From positions 477,475 to 489,665 of the forward strand of contig CAJNOG010000006.1 of NCBI GenBank assembly GCA_905250045.1: 12,191 nucleotides of DNA, given 5' to 3'. This document shows positions 1-8,563 of the stretch, in pieces. The DNA comes from Adineta steineri (taxonomy: Eukaryota). Under the pieces are notes generated by a model, which searched no databases, had not been told where the DNA came from, and saw nothing but the letters and a program-made list of their open reading frames with translations. Every line of letters starts with the position of its first letter. Position 1 is the stretch's first letter. Position numbers and translations under genes: made by a program.

Positions 1-594
1 CAGCTGATGAAGGCTACGAATAGTGAGAAAACTAAAAATACTCATTAACATGTGCGGTACAATAGCGATCAGTATGGTGGCATAGATCGAATAGAATAAT
101 TTGTAAGATCCAAACAATCCACAGACACCAGCGCGTAGATCTAAAAATATTAGCAGATGCGAGCCTGTTACTACCCATGTTGTCACCACGATTAATATAA
201 ATTTCGATGCCATATGAACCGAACTCAAAGATCGTATACGAGGATTTGTTCGTGTAACATAGAATCGATCGGCACAAGCACACACAATAAGATAGCGGAC
301 ACATTGTCCAAGAACGTGACTGCCATATAATCTCATCTTGCAGTAGACCAATGATTGTGTCTGGGGATCATTATGGTCAAGTTGGTAGAGGAATGGAAAG
401 TTTGACCAAATCAGATAAAGACTGGCGAAGATTGACATTGCCAAAAGATATAGTGAACAGGGTGTATGACGATGCGCAGGTTGTGTAAACACAATGCAAT
501 TACACATATTGCCTAAAAGACCCATTCCAAGATAAGTGGTCATGAAATATCGGATCAATATTTCTTGCACATATGATAAAATTGTCTCGGACAT
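1..594 (-). CDS. Partial rhodopsin-like 7TM receptor (N-terminus through about TM5), continues past window start
   Basis: Manual reverse translation gives an uninterrupted 198-codon frame: MSETILSYVQEILIRYFMTTYLGMGLLGNMCNCIVFTQPAHRHTPCSLYLLAMSIFASLYLIW...YCKMRLYGSHVLGQCVRYLIVCACADRFYVTRTNP...FILIVVTTWVVTGSHLLIFLDLRAGVCGLFGSYKLFYSIYATILIAIVPHMLMSIFSFLTIRSLHQL. It has a TM1 GN motif, DRF in the DRY position, and conserved Cys before TM3 and in the second extracellular loop. Confidence 0.85.
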   Translation of the reverse strand, partial: MSETILSYVQEILIRYFMTTYLGMGLLGNMCNCIVFTQPAHRHTPCSLYLLAMSIFASLYLIWSNFPFLYQLDHNDPQTQSLVYCKMRLYGSHVLGQCVRYLIVCACADRFYVTRTNPRIRSLSSVHMASKFILIVVTTWVVTGSHLLIFLDLRAGVCGLFGSYKLFYSIYATILIAIVPHMLMSIFSFLTIRSLHQL

Positions 595-1385
595 CGTTGT
601 CGAAAAATGTTGTGTTCTGTAATGAGAGAAGCGACTAACGTCAATTTCTTATTTGCACTATCTTTCGAAGTGTGTTTAAATGAAAGTAGAGAATGGGAAA
701 ATGCTTGTGTATCATCACTAATAGCTGAGCGCTCATATCTATATGGAGACAATGTGACTATATTTCACTCTCTTACTCTCTCTAACATTGTTATAATCTT
801 CTTTCTTTCTCTTCTCTGTAATTATGTATTTACTACGTCCTAAAGAGAAGCCGACGAGTGAAAGAAAGAAAATTAAAAAGAAAAGATATGTATATCTTAT
901 TATTCTTATTTCTTTATGATGTGAAAAAAACATAATTGAGTGCTCATTATTTCTTATTTTTCTTTTTATCACGTCGAGGTCAAAAGAGCCTCTTATTAAA
1001 AAAAGGGCATATATTTAAGTGCTAAGTAGAAATATATAAATGCTAAATAAAGAATCCCATATTTTCCAAGTAATTTGTTTAATAGAAATCTAAAAAAAAA
1101 ATTTTCTGCTAAGTAATTTATTTAAATTCTAAGTGGAAGAAGTCAGATTTCCTAGACAAAATATTATGAATTGATGACTAAATATATAACTTTTGCTAAT
1201 TGCCATACCAATCACGTGTTTACAAATGTATTCTTTCAAAAAGTTTGCACAATTGCCAAATTCATTTTTCCATTCCGAACCAATATTTGCTAAGCTTACT
1301 TTCCAAATTCCAAACTAAAGATCCTTAAATTGCGGAAATGAACTCTATTGTTTTCTTTTGTATCTTTGAATTTCATTGAGGTTGT

Positions 1386-1427
1386 GGTGTGAGTATATCT
1401 TCTCTCTATCTACAACCACACCCACTC
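1386..1427 (+). repeat. Bipartite G/T-C/A motif copy 1 (GGTGTGAGT ... CCACACCCACTC)
   Basis: GGTGTGAGT at 1386..1394 and CCACACCCACTC at 1416..1427; same layout as 5643..5683 and the inverted copy at 8564..8622. Confidence 0.55.
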
Positions 1428-1428
1428 G

Positions 1429-1930
1429 CAAGACGAAGATCTGTTAAACCATTTGATATAAGTGAATCAACATTTGATGTTGCACTATGAGTATCATAAG
1501 CTATAAATAGAGAATATGGTTTTATTTCACATTTATCTATTGTATGAATAAAATGAATTTTTTCTGAATAAAGAATTTCTCTATATGGATCATAAATTTG
1601 TAATTAATTAATTGAACGATCAAATTCTAGTTTCCATATATTTATTTTATACCAAAATGATGATGATTATTTTTTAATTTCTTGGCTAATTGATTCAATC
1701 AATTGAAACCTATTGGATTTATTTGTACAACTAAATACGGATGTAATATACACCATTTTCTTTTATCTTCATTTGAATTACAAATTAATAAATCAAGATC
1801 TTCATACAAAATATCAATTGAATAGATAATAGCATGTGGAAAAGCACATCTTATTAAATATAAATGTTCACTTTCAAATGCACCACTATAATCAACAAGT
1901 AGAGTACACCGCTTCCTACGTTTTTTTCAA
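1429..1930 (-). pseudogene. Possible decayed coding remnant, unidentified family
   Basis: Minus strand has an open stretch KKRRKRCTLLVDYSGAFESEHLYLIRCAFPHAIIYSIDILYEDLDLLICNSNEDKRKWCILHPYLVVQINPIGFN*, then stops. Protein-like sequence resumes in a shifted frame: QIYDPYREILYSEKIHFIHTIDKCEIKPYSLFIAYDTHSATSNVDSLISNGLTDLRLA. No starting Met or intact frame. Confidence 0.35.
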
Positions 1931-2392
1931 TATTGTTAATTCACGATTGTATTTTTCTTTTAAGTGAATTAGTTTTAACAGTTCTTTACTATCTCAGACA
2001 TTTTTTTATTTTACTTTTGAACTCGACATCTATTGGGATCAATTCTCATTCTATTCATACTATCACATCATCAAAATTATGTAAGACTGAAATTTGACTT
2101 TTAATTAGTTCTTTAAACCCATTATTTATCGGCCTATATCAGTACTCAAACTGGATCGGTTTCAAAAAGAATCAGTCGATTGATAGAGATGAAATTTTAC
2201 GTGTTGAAATTTTGCAAAAACTTTCTTTGTCGATCCTATTTTTGACCATAAAAAACTAAGATACCGCATAAGTTTCTGGTAGAGTTGCTAAAAAAGGGAA
2301 CAAAACACAGGTTATTTAATTCTTTGTTGTGAGGTTCAATTTAAAAAAATGATTTTAGTTGGATGACTCACACATGCTCGCTTAAACTATGT

Positions 2393-2611
2393 ACTCGCAG
2401 AAAAATCTTTCCCTTCTTCGTTTCTTTGCTATCATACTTTACATATAATTTATTGCCGAGTAGAGATATGACTTGAGAGTTTTTATTGTACTGTGATCTG
2501 TATATTATACTAAAATGAAACTCTCAGATCATATCTCTACTCGGCAATAAATTTTACACAAAGTGTGGTAATACAGAAATAAACAGAAAGAAAAGACTTT
2601 TGTCCGCGAGT
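2393..2611. repeat. 219-bp imperfect palindrome / foldback element
   Basis: Perfect 25-nt arms AATTTATTGCCGAGTAGAGATATGA (2447..2471) and its reverse complement (2529..2553). Imperfect pairing continues inward (TGAGAGTTT / AAACTCTCA) and outward to ACTCGC (2393..2398) / GCGAGT (2606..2611). Confidence 0.85.
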
Positions 2612-3793
2612 GCATCTCATATTCGCGTACATTTTTCTATAAAAATTGTTTTTCAAAAGAATATGAGGTTTTTTTGACTGTTTCGCCGGAATTTTCAATA
2701 CAACATGTGATTTCAATCGATCAATTTATCTACCAGATTGGTTTACCATTTCGCAACAAACTCTCGGCACTGATCCATATCATTTCAAAAATAAAATTCT
2801 ATCGTGCGATCAGACTTTTCATGATTTCGGTCTAATCTTCTGGAATTTCAAAAAATTGAATATAATGCTGGTTTCGCACCACATGGATTGCTACTAAATA
2901 TATTTAGTTAAGATAATCCTCTTTTTTTTCTTATTTTTTATGCATTGAACGGCGTTAGAATTGAAGTAAACCTTATTAAGTCCGAAAAAATTCCACAGAC
3001 TGACTACAAAAACAATTCGAAAGATTTCTACAGATTTTGAAGATTGTTATCACAGCTAGATTGGAAACAGTGAAATTTTTACCTCAAATTCGAAAAGTTT
3101 TAGCAGTTCTAGTACGAAAACTCGAAAAAAATCTTAAAAATGTGAAAAGGTTTTTGGAAAAATTAACGGACCTCTAATACGTTAAACGCATTGCTTATCT
3201 CAGTATGGGAGCTTCTATCATGGCAAGGGATTCTAGAAAAGAGTAAAAAATCAGGAGTCTCCAGGTCAAATCAGAAGGTTTGGCAACTCTGACTAACACC
3301 CACCCTCAAGATATTAACATTCATTTTCATTACATGGTTTCAATATGTATACGATGTTAAGTTTTATCAAAGAGTAATATATCGAATCATGTGTATTTGT
3401 ACTTCAAGTTCGTCAGTTTCTCTTTTATCATTTTATATTTACACAGGTACTTTCACCTTTATTTCTTTTTGGTACGTCTCTTTTTCTTAATGTCCGCTTA
3501 TCGATATACTCGTCATATGCTTTTCTACTTATTATACTTTTATCTTCGTTTATTTTTATTTTATTCCTAGTTTATTATTTTGATATTTGATGAATATTTT
3601 ATTTTCATGATAAAAGGACATAAGTTATAGTACATGTAATAAATACATGATGTACTGAAAAGTTAAAGTTGAATCCTTTCACCTGTCCTTTTATCAAATA
3701 TGATGACGCATTTTGACTTTATCTTATTGCTCTTTCATCTCTCTTTATGATCATTGCTTTTCTATTTTTTTTCTTTTATGATCATGCATCACT

Positions 3794-3945
3794 GGCGTAC
3801 CCAGAAATCTTCCAAGGGGGGTGCATACCAGCAGAAAAATTCATCGCCCAGTGAATAGTTGTTTATAACCTGTGTCCCCCTCCAGATATTTCTTCTATAA
3901 GGGGGTGCCCTCGGTACATGGGCACCCCCTTTCCCTGGCTATGCC
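3794..3945. mobile_element. MITE-like non-autonomous element with imperfect terminal inverted repeats
   Basis: GGCGTACCCAG (3794..3804) versus the reverse complement of CTGGCTATGCC (3935..3945), 9/11 matching, plus an internal perfect 12-bp stem AAGGGGGTGCCC / GGGCACCCCCTT. Confidence 0.5.
3899..3931. repeat. GC-rich perfect hairpin, 12-bp stem and 9-nt loop
   Basis: AAGGGGGTGCCC (3899..3910), loop TCGGTACAT, GGGCACCCCCTT (3920..3931). Confidence 0.9.
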
Positions 3946-4086
3946 CTTGTCGTATATATAAGTGAATATTTTGTATGAACAGAATACATTTCTTATATTA
4001 CTGAATTCTGCATTGGTAAATGTAAAACGACAAAATCAAGTACAGAATCATCGAACAATAAGAAATATTAACAAATAAAATCTACA

Positions 4087-4166
4087 ATGGAGGATACAAC
4101 GACTAATGTGGAACAACAACAAAATCTATTAACTTCGTCGGTACAAACAGAGCGATCTAAATCAAA
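4087..4166 (+). CDS. Membrane-anchored multicopper oxidase, exon 1 (MEDTTTNVEQQQNLLTSSVQTERSKSK)
   Basis: ATG at 4087; donor GTAATT at 4167; 62-nt intron ends TTTTTTTATAG at 4228; phase 2 junction. Confidence 0.75.
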
Positions 4167-4228
4167 GTAATTATTGTATTTATTTGATATAATTTTACAG
4201 AATATATACTCGATTTATTTTTTTATAG

Positions 4229-4383
4229 AACTAGATGGTCACAAACTGTTTATAGAACAATAACTGAACATTATTGGTCCATTTTATTGTTACTTGTTGT
4301 TATTATGATTGGCATTGGAGTGGTAGTCTATTTCCCTCAGCACAAATTAAATGAAACTGAAGATGGTATTGTTCTAAAACAAG
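4229..4383 (+). CDS. Membrane-anchored multicopper oxidase, exon 2, contains the TM helix
   Basis: TRWSQTVYRTITEHYWSILLLLVVIMIGIGVVVYFPQHKLNETEDGIVLKQ; donor GTAAAT at 4384; intron 4384..4488. Confidence 0.8.
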
Positions 4384-4488
4384 GTAAATCATTCCCCGTA
4401 TTCGCAGTACATGTAACTGTAAAATACATGAATAAATATAACATACATAAATACACCTGGAATTCATCTCTTTATTCATGAATTATAG

Positions 4489-4559
4489 GAACATCATTCA
4501 ATCGAAATCGACACAGTGCTTCTCAACAAAATCCAATGCAGCAAATGTCTTTTGGACGA
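4489..4559 (+). CDS. Membrane-anchored multicopper oxidase, exon 3
   Basis: GTSFNRNRHSASQQNPMQQMSFGR; acceptor TTATAG, donor GTAAGT at 4560; intron 4560..4613. Confidence 0.75.
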
Positions 4560-4613
4560 GTAAGTTTTTCTCAAGTATTCAATGGTATATCTAGTTATTT
4601 TTAAATTAACAAG

Positions 4614-4893
4614 CCTAAACCACCTGAGGCACTTGGTCGCATAGCGATTTACATCCGAAAGCCATCTCCAGATGATGATGATGACCGCAAACCCCCTCTA
4701 CGTGTTTATATTCCTGCTGCTCGCTATTATGCGCGACGATTCCGTATGTTTACCGATGATTTACCTATCTTTCGATGTATTCGATCATTTTCATTTGTAG
4801 CTTTGAAAGGTCCATTTTTAAATTTCATGCTTTCAACACCTATCTTTGCCAATCGAGCAACTCAAGAAACGATTATTTATTCACCATCACGAA
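4614..4893 (+). CDS. Membrane-anchored multicopper oxidase, exon 4 (ectodomain)
   Basis: PKPPEALGRIAIYIRKPSPDDDDDRKPPLRVYIPAARYYARRFRMFTDDLPIFRCIRSFSFVALKGPFLNFMLSTPIFANRATQETIIYSPSR; donor GTAAAT at 4894; intron 4894..4943. Confidence 0.75.
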
Positions 4894-4943
4894 GTAAATA
4901 TTATTCAAATACAAAGAAAATATTTATTCTAAAGTGCCTTTAG

Positions 4944-5090
4944 TTTACATTCTACCTGCATTGACCGATGGTCGTGGCAAACTATATTCGATTGCTAGAC
5001 TTATTGCAACAGGTTATGCTAGTTTCACCGAGAAGGAAATGCATTCATCCAAGTCAATTGATGTGAATACTTATTTTGAATCAAGCACAG
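4944..5090 (+). CDS. Membrane-anchored multicopper oxidase, exon 5 (ectodomain)
   Basis: YILPALTDGRGKLYSIARLIATGYASFTEKEMHSSKSIDVNTYFESST; acceptor CCTTTAG at 4943; donor GTCTGT at 5091 is non-optimal. Confidence 0.7.
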
Positions 5091-5141
5091 GTCTGTTGTC
5101 TTCCCAAAATTCTCATCTTATATTGACCTAGTATATTATAG

Positions 5142-5336
5142 TTACTGGTGCTCGTGTTCCGAAAATAGACACTCAAAGAGGTGGTTTTTCGAGTGGTCTC
5201 CGTATCAACGTTAATTCTTTTGATATTTATGGCGATGAAGACATGAATGATGATAGTGACGAGTACATTGAAGAGGATAATGATAAAAACAGCAAGCATC
5301 ATCATACATATGACAAACCACGTCAACGGAATTCAA
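5142..5336 (+). CDS. Membrane-anchored multicopper oxidase, exon 6 (acidic/His-rich ectodomain segment)
   Basis: VTGARVPKIDTQRGGFSSGLRINVNSFDIYGDEDMNDDSDEYIEEDNDKNSKHHHTYDKPRQRNS; acceptor TTATAG at 5141 keeps the frame open, whereas the upstream AG at 5131 leads to a stop; donor GTAATA at 5337; phase 1-1. Confidence 0.7.
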
Positions 5337-5520
5337 GTAATATACATTTGTTTTAATTTTTCTCGTTCAAACCATAGATACTCTTCTATTCTTTATCAGT
5401 ATTTTATCATTTAATTAGTTTTAAAAAAATAGCGTATGCATTAATATTAAGTAAAAAAACTCTGATCTTCTAGAACTAAAACGTTTTTCATGCCATGGAA
5501 GTAATTTGTTTTCTTTGAAG

Positions 5521-5586
5521 GACCATCATACAGGACAAAACCATCAAACAAAAAGACCACAAGCTCATCAAAATCTACCACCACAG
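5521..5586 (+). CDS. Membrane-anchored multicopper oxidase, exon 7 (Ser/Thr/Lys linker)
   Basis: PSYRTKPSNKKTTSSSKSTTT; 66 nt, phase 1-1; acceptor TTTGAAG at 5520, donor GTAAAT at 5587. Confidence 0.65.
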
Positions 5587-5642
5587 GTAAATACTAAGTG
5601 AAAATTTTGTGCAAGTTTCTTTTCGTTCGTCTTGAGAGTGTA

Positions 5643-5683
5643 GGTGTGAGTGTTATCTTCACTTAATATTCATACCCACACTC
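5643..5683 (+). repeat. Bipartite G/T-C/A motif copy 2, inside an intron
   Basis: GGTGTGAGT at 5643..5651 and ACCCACACTC at 5674..5683. Confidence 0.55.
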
Positions 5684-5781
5684 ATCAAGTCAAAAAGATA
5701 CTCTTATTGTTGATAATTATAATATATTTCATGTTGCTCTTACAATCAGTCATCGTATATTCGACTATTTTTTTTTCGTAG

Positions 5782-5850
5782 AAGATGACTCATCAGAAAC
5801 GACAATAACATCAACCAAGAAGACCACAAGTGTATCAACAGCAACAAAGA
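5782..5850 (+). CDS. Membrane-anchored multicopper oxidase, exon 8 (Ser/Thr/Lys linker)
   Basis: EDDSSETTITSTKKTTSVSTATK; 69 nt, phase 1-1; acceptor TTCGTAG at 5781, donor GTAAGT at 5851; similar to exon 7. Confidence 0.7.
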
Positions 5851-6133
5851 GTAAGTAGCATGTGAAGGTATTTCGAGTCTTTTTTGTAACGTACAAATAG
5901 AAAATATTGAGTGCAAATGAAAGTTTTTTACGCTGAATCTAATTTACTCCTTGATTTTAATTCAAAACCTTTGACAAGTTCAAAAGAATGTCATGGTAAA
6001 TGAGAACATTCGATGCACAACTTTCTCTGTTTATTCGTTGAGTTAGTAATGAAGATATTTGACACAGGAATAGATGTGCTATTGAAATTATATGAAATTA
6101 AAATGAAAAATATGAAGTTTTGCATTTGTTTAG

Positions 6134-7851
6134 AATCAGTTCCACAATACGATCATGCTGATGTTAATTTTACATTGATTATCGAGTACATTTTTCCATA
6201 TCCTCAATCCAAGAAACCTGTTATTGGCATTAACGGTACATCTCCTGGTCCATTGATTGATGTGTACGAAAACGATACAGTTATAATTCGAGTCATTAAT
6301 CGATTAGATGTTCCTACAGCCATTCATTGGCATGGTGTTCGACAAATAGGTACACCAGATATGGACGGTGCTGTTGGATTAAGTCAGTGTGCTATACCTC
6401 CAGGACATGAAATGATTTACAAGTTTCAAGCAACACCAGCAGGATCAACATGGTACCATGGACATCTTCTTGAACAACTCACAGACGGATTATTTGGACC
6501 ATTAATTATTCGTCGTCGCCCGGAATCATATTCAGATTTGTATCAAAGTGAACAAATACTTACAATCGCAGATTGGTACAATATTCCTGCGCACACGGGA
6601 CTAGTCCCCTATCATTATAGCCCAACAAATCCTTTTGGTCTTCCTCCTCCACCAGATGCTATTGTAGTAAATGGTAGTTTTACTCAGTCGTTGTTCATTC
6701 CAGCTAATGGTTCAGAAGTTATTCGATTTCGTGTAATATGTGCTACTGCATTCTCAATGTTTACAATATCAATTGATGGTTTGCGGTTATATATTATTGA
6801 AGTCGATACAACAACAACCATACCTTATGCAGTCGATTCGTTTACAGTAAATGTTGCCCAACGTGTTTCATTCTACGTTAACTTGACCGAATTAGATCCG
6901 ACTTATAATTCATCCGGTACCCCATCAGTTTATATACGAATACAAGCGAATGAAGCGGTCTATGCTCAAGATGTTCCTCATTTTATTCCTCCTTACGAAA
7001 ATCAGTCTTATCCTTATCCAACTTTCTTCACTTCATTGTATCTTGCCATTTTATCACTTGATTCAACAAACTCAGCACCAACATATGCAGCTAGTTCAGC
7101 GACTCCAATCCTATCGAATGTTAGTCCTCCACTAGATACAAATATTCTAGATGCTCGACCTCTAATTCGAAATGCAGACGGAATTCCAGATGCAACTCAT
7201 TACTGTTATATTGAGGTTACATTTGGTGCCGATTCAGATGGATATGGTGTTGCATTTGTGAATAACGTCACGTATAGTTCAGATGCAAATTATATGCATA
7301 TGAGAGATGATCCACCAGCGGGATTTACTTCGGACTTATATGAACCCTTAGTCTTTCAAATGGTCAGAAAGGCTGGTCAATTAGCAATTCCATCACCTCT
7401 TCTGCAAGCGGGAAACGATTTGCCAGTTATTCAAAGTGATCAAAACGGACATTACTTAGTCCCTTATCAAGCTGTTGTTGATATTCTTATAAACAACACA
7501 GCTGGTGGTGAACATCCTTTTCATTTACATGGCCATAATTTTTGGATTATATCATCATCAGACTATCCCCAGGCTGAGACACTGTATGCCGGAGACTATA
7601 TTCAACGTGATACTGTCAGTGTACCAGCAGGCGGTTGGGCTAAAATTCGATTTGTAGCCGATAATCCTGGTGCTTGGTTCTTCCATTGTCACATCGAATG
7701 GCACATGGCAGATGGACTAGCTGTAGCTATGATTGTTGCACCTGAACAGCTTTTGACTAATGGTTATAATATTCCACAAAGTGGACAACAACAGTGCGAA
7801 GCACTACAACGATTCAATACGACTTATGACCCTGTAATACCCTCAAATTAA
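6134..7851 (+). CDS. Laccase-like multicopper oxidase core, exon 9
   Basis: Acceptor TTTGTTTAG at 6133, stop at 7849..7851. Copper-binding motifs AIHWHG (about 6319), WYHGH (6451..6465), HPFHLHGHNFW (7513..), HCHIEWHMADGLAV (7684..). The preceding eight exons plus this one give 2781 nt, divisible by 3. Confidence 0.95.
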
Positions 7852-7970
7852 CTAACAAGAACAACAATTCATATTTTATAGAACTCTTCATTTCTTTTTA
7901 TGTTCAACAGAAATTTGTATCAATTTAAATATTAATCTATGTATTTTTGTTAATAGGTAGACACTTTTTC

Positions 7971-7976
7971 AATAAA
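7971..7976 (+). promoter_or_regulatory. Candidate polyadenylation signal AATAAA
   Basis: AATAAA about 120 nt downstream of the multicopper oxidase stop codon. Confidence 0.4.
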
Positions 7977-8531
7977 TCATATTCTTATTATTAATTTTGT
8001 CTAAAGAAAAGAAGCAATTCATAGAATATATTACATTATACAGTATTTACTAACAGTATTTCAAACTATTCCGATGCTCTAATGAGATTCGTAACGAAAT
8101 TAAACTGCATCATAATAGCTTTAGTATACATAAATATTTAAGAGTTTTTTTTGGTCAATATTCTTATCTAGTACACTGATTCATGTTAGAGAATGTGCAA
8201 GGAAAGAGAAAAAAAAGTCTTTTTTCTGTATATCATCCTTCATAAAACATTTTTTTCTCTTAACAGTATCATATTATTTGCACTAATTGTGACAATTTCA
8301 GGTCTAGTATAGAGCTGTATAAGATTTGGTATATATGTATACTTTTATTCTTAAAAACGAATCACCTGTCAACTAAATATTCTTCGTGCCTTATCTAGCA
8401 CTCGAAACATCCAGTAGCTTAATATAGAAAAGGACAAAAAATACCAAAAGGTAACAGTATCGAAAGCAATAACAAATATCAAAAGGTAAGAGTACTGAAA
8501 ATAAGAATAGATATCATATAAAGACAAGAGA

Positions 8532-8552
8532 CCAAGCCAGCGTTTGGCTTGG
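8532..8552. repeat. Perfect 8-bp inverted repeat with 5-nt loop
   Basis: CCAAGCCA (8532..8539) GCGTT TGGCTTGG (8545..8552). Confidence 0.85.
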
Positions 8553-8563
8553 CACATGGAGAT

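Noticed and set aside
32-304. 90-aa minus ORF
   Set aside because: Overlaps a longer, clearly 7TM-like frame on the same strand; out-of-frame by-product.
555-972. Short ORFs at 555..752, 607..843 and 739..972
   Set aside because: Short, overlapping on both strands, low complexity and hydrophobic/basic runs, no recognisable domain.
2160-2740. Palindrome extended to several hundred bp on each side (left around 2175..2230, right around 2660..2740)
   Set aside because: Only weak similarity such as TCGATTGA and GTTGAAATTTT-like words in AT-rich DNA; not strong enough beyond 2393..2611 without alignment statistics.
5081-5326. 81-aa minus ORF
   Set aside because: Antisense to exon 6 and intron of the oxidase gene; its Ile/Val-rich composition arises from the complement of GAT/GAA-rich coding sequence.
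6013-6133. ORF-track start of the multicopper oxidase (MHNFLCLFVELVMKIFD...)
   Set aside because: This segment is best explained as the 3' part of an intron ending TTTGCATTTGTTTAG at 6133; homology-like sequence starts only at VPQYDHADV and the upstream exons join in phase.
6950-7135. 61-aa plus ORF inside the oxidase
   Set aside because: Alternative frame inside a strongly supported coding exon.
8369-8557. 62-aa minus hydrophobic ORF (LIFVIAFDTVTFWYFLSF)
   Set aside because: AT-rich region with a degenerate 35-bp tandem duplication (about 8441..8500) and no conserved motif; could look TM-like by composition alone.
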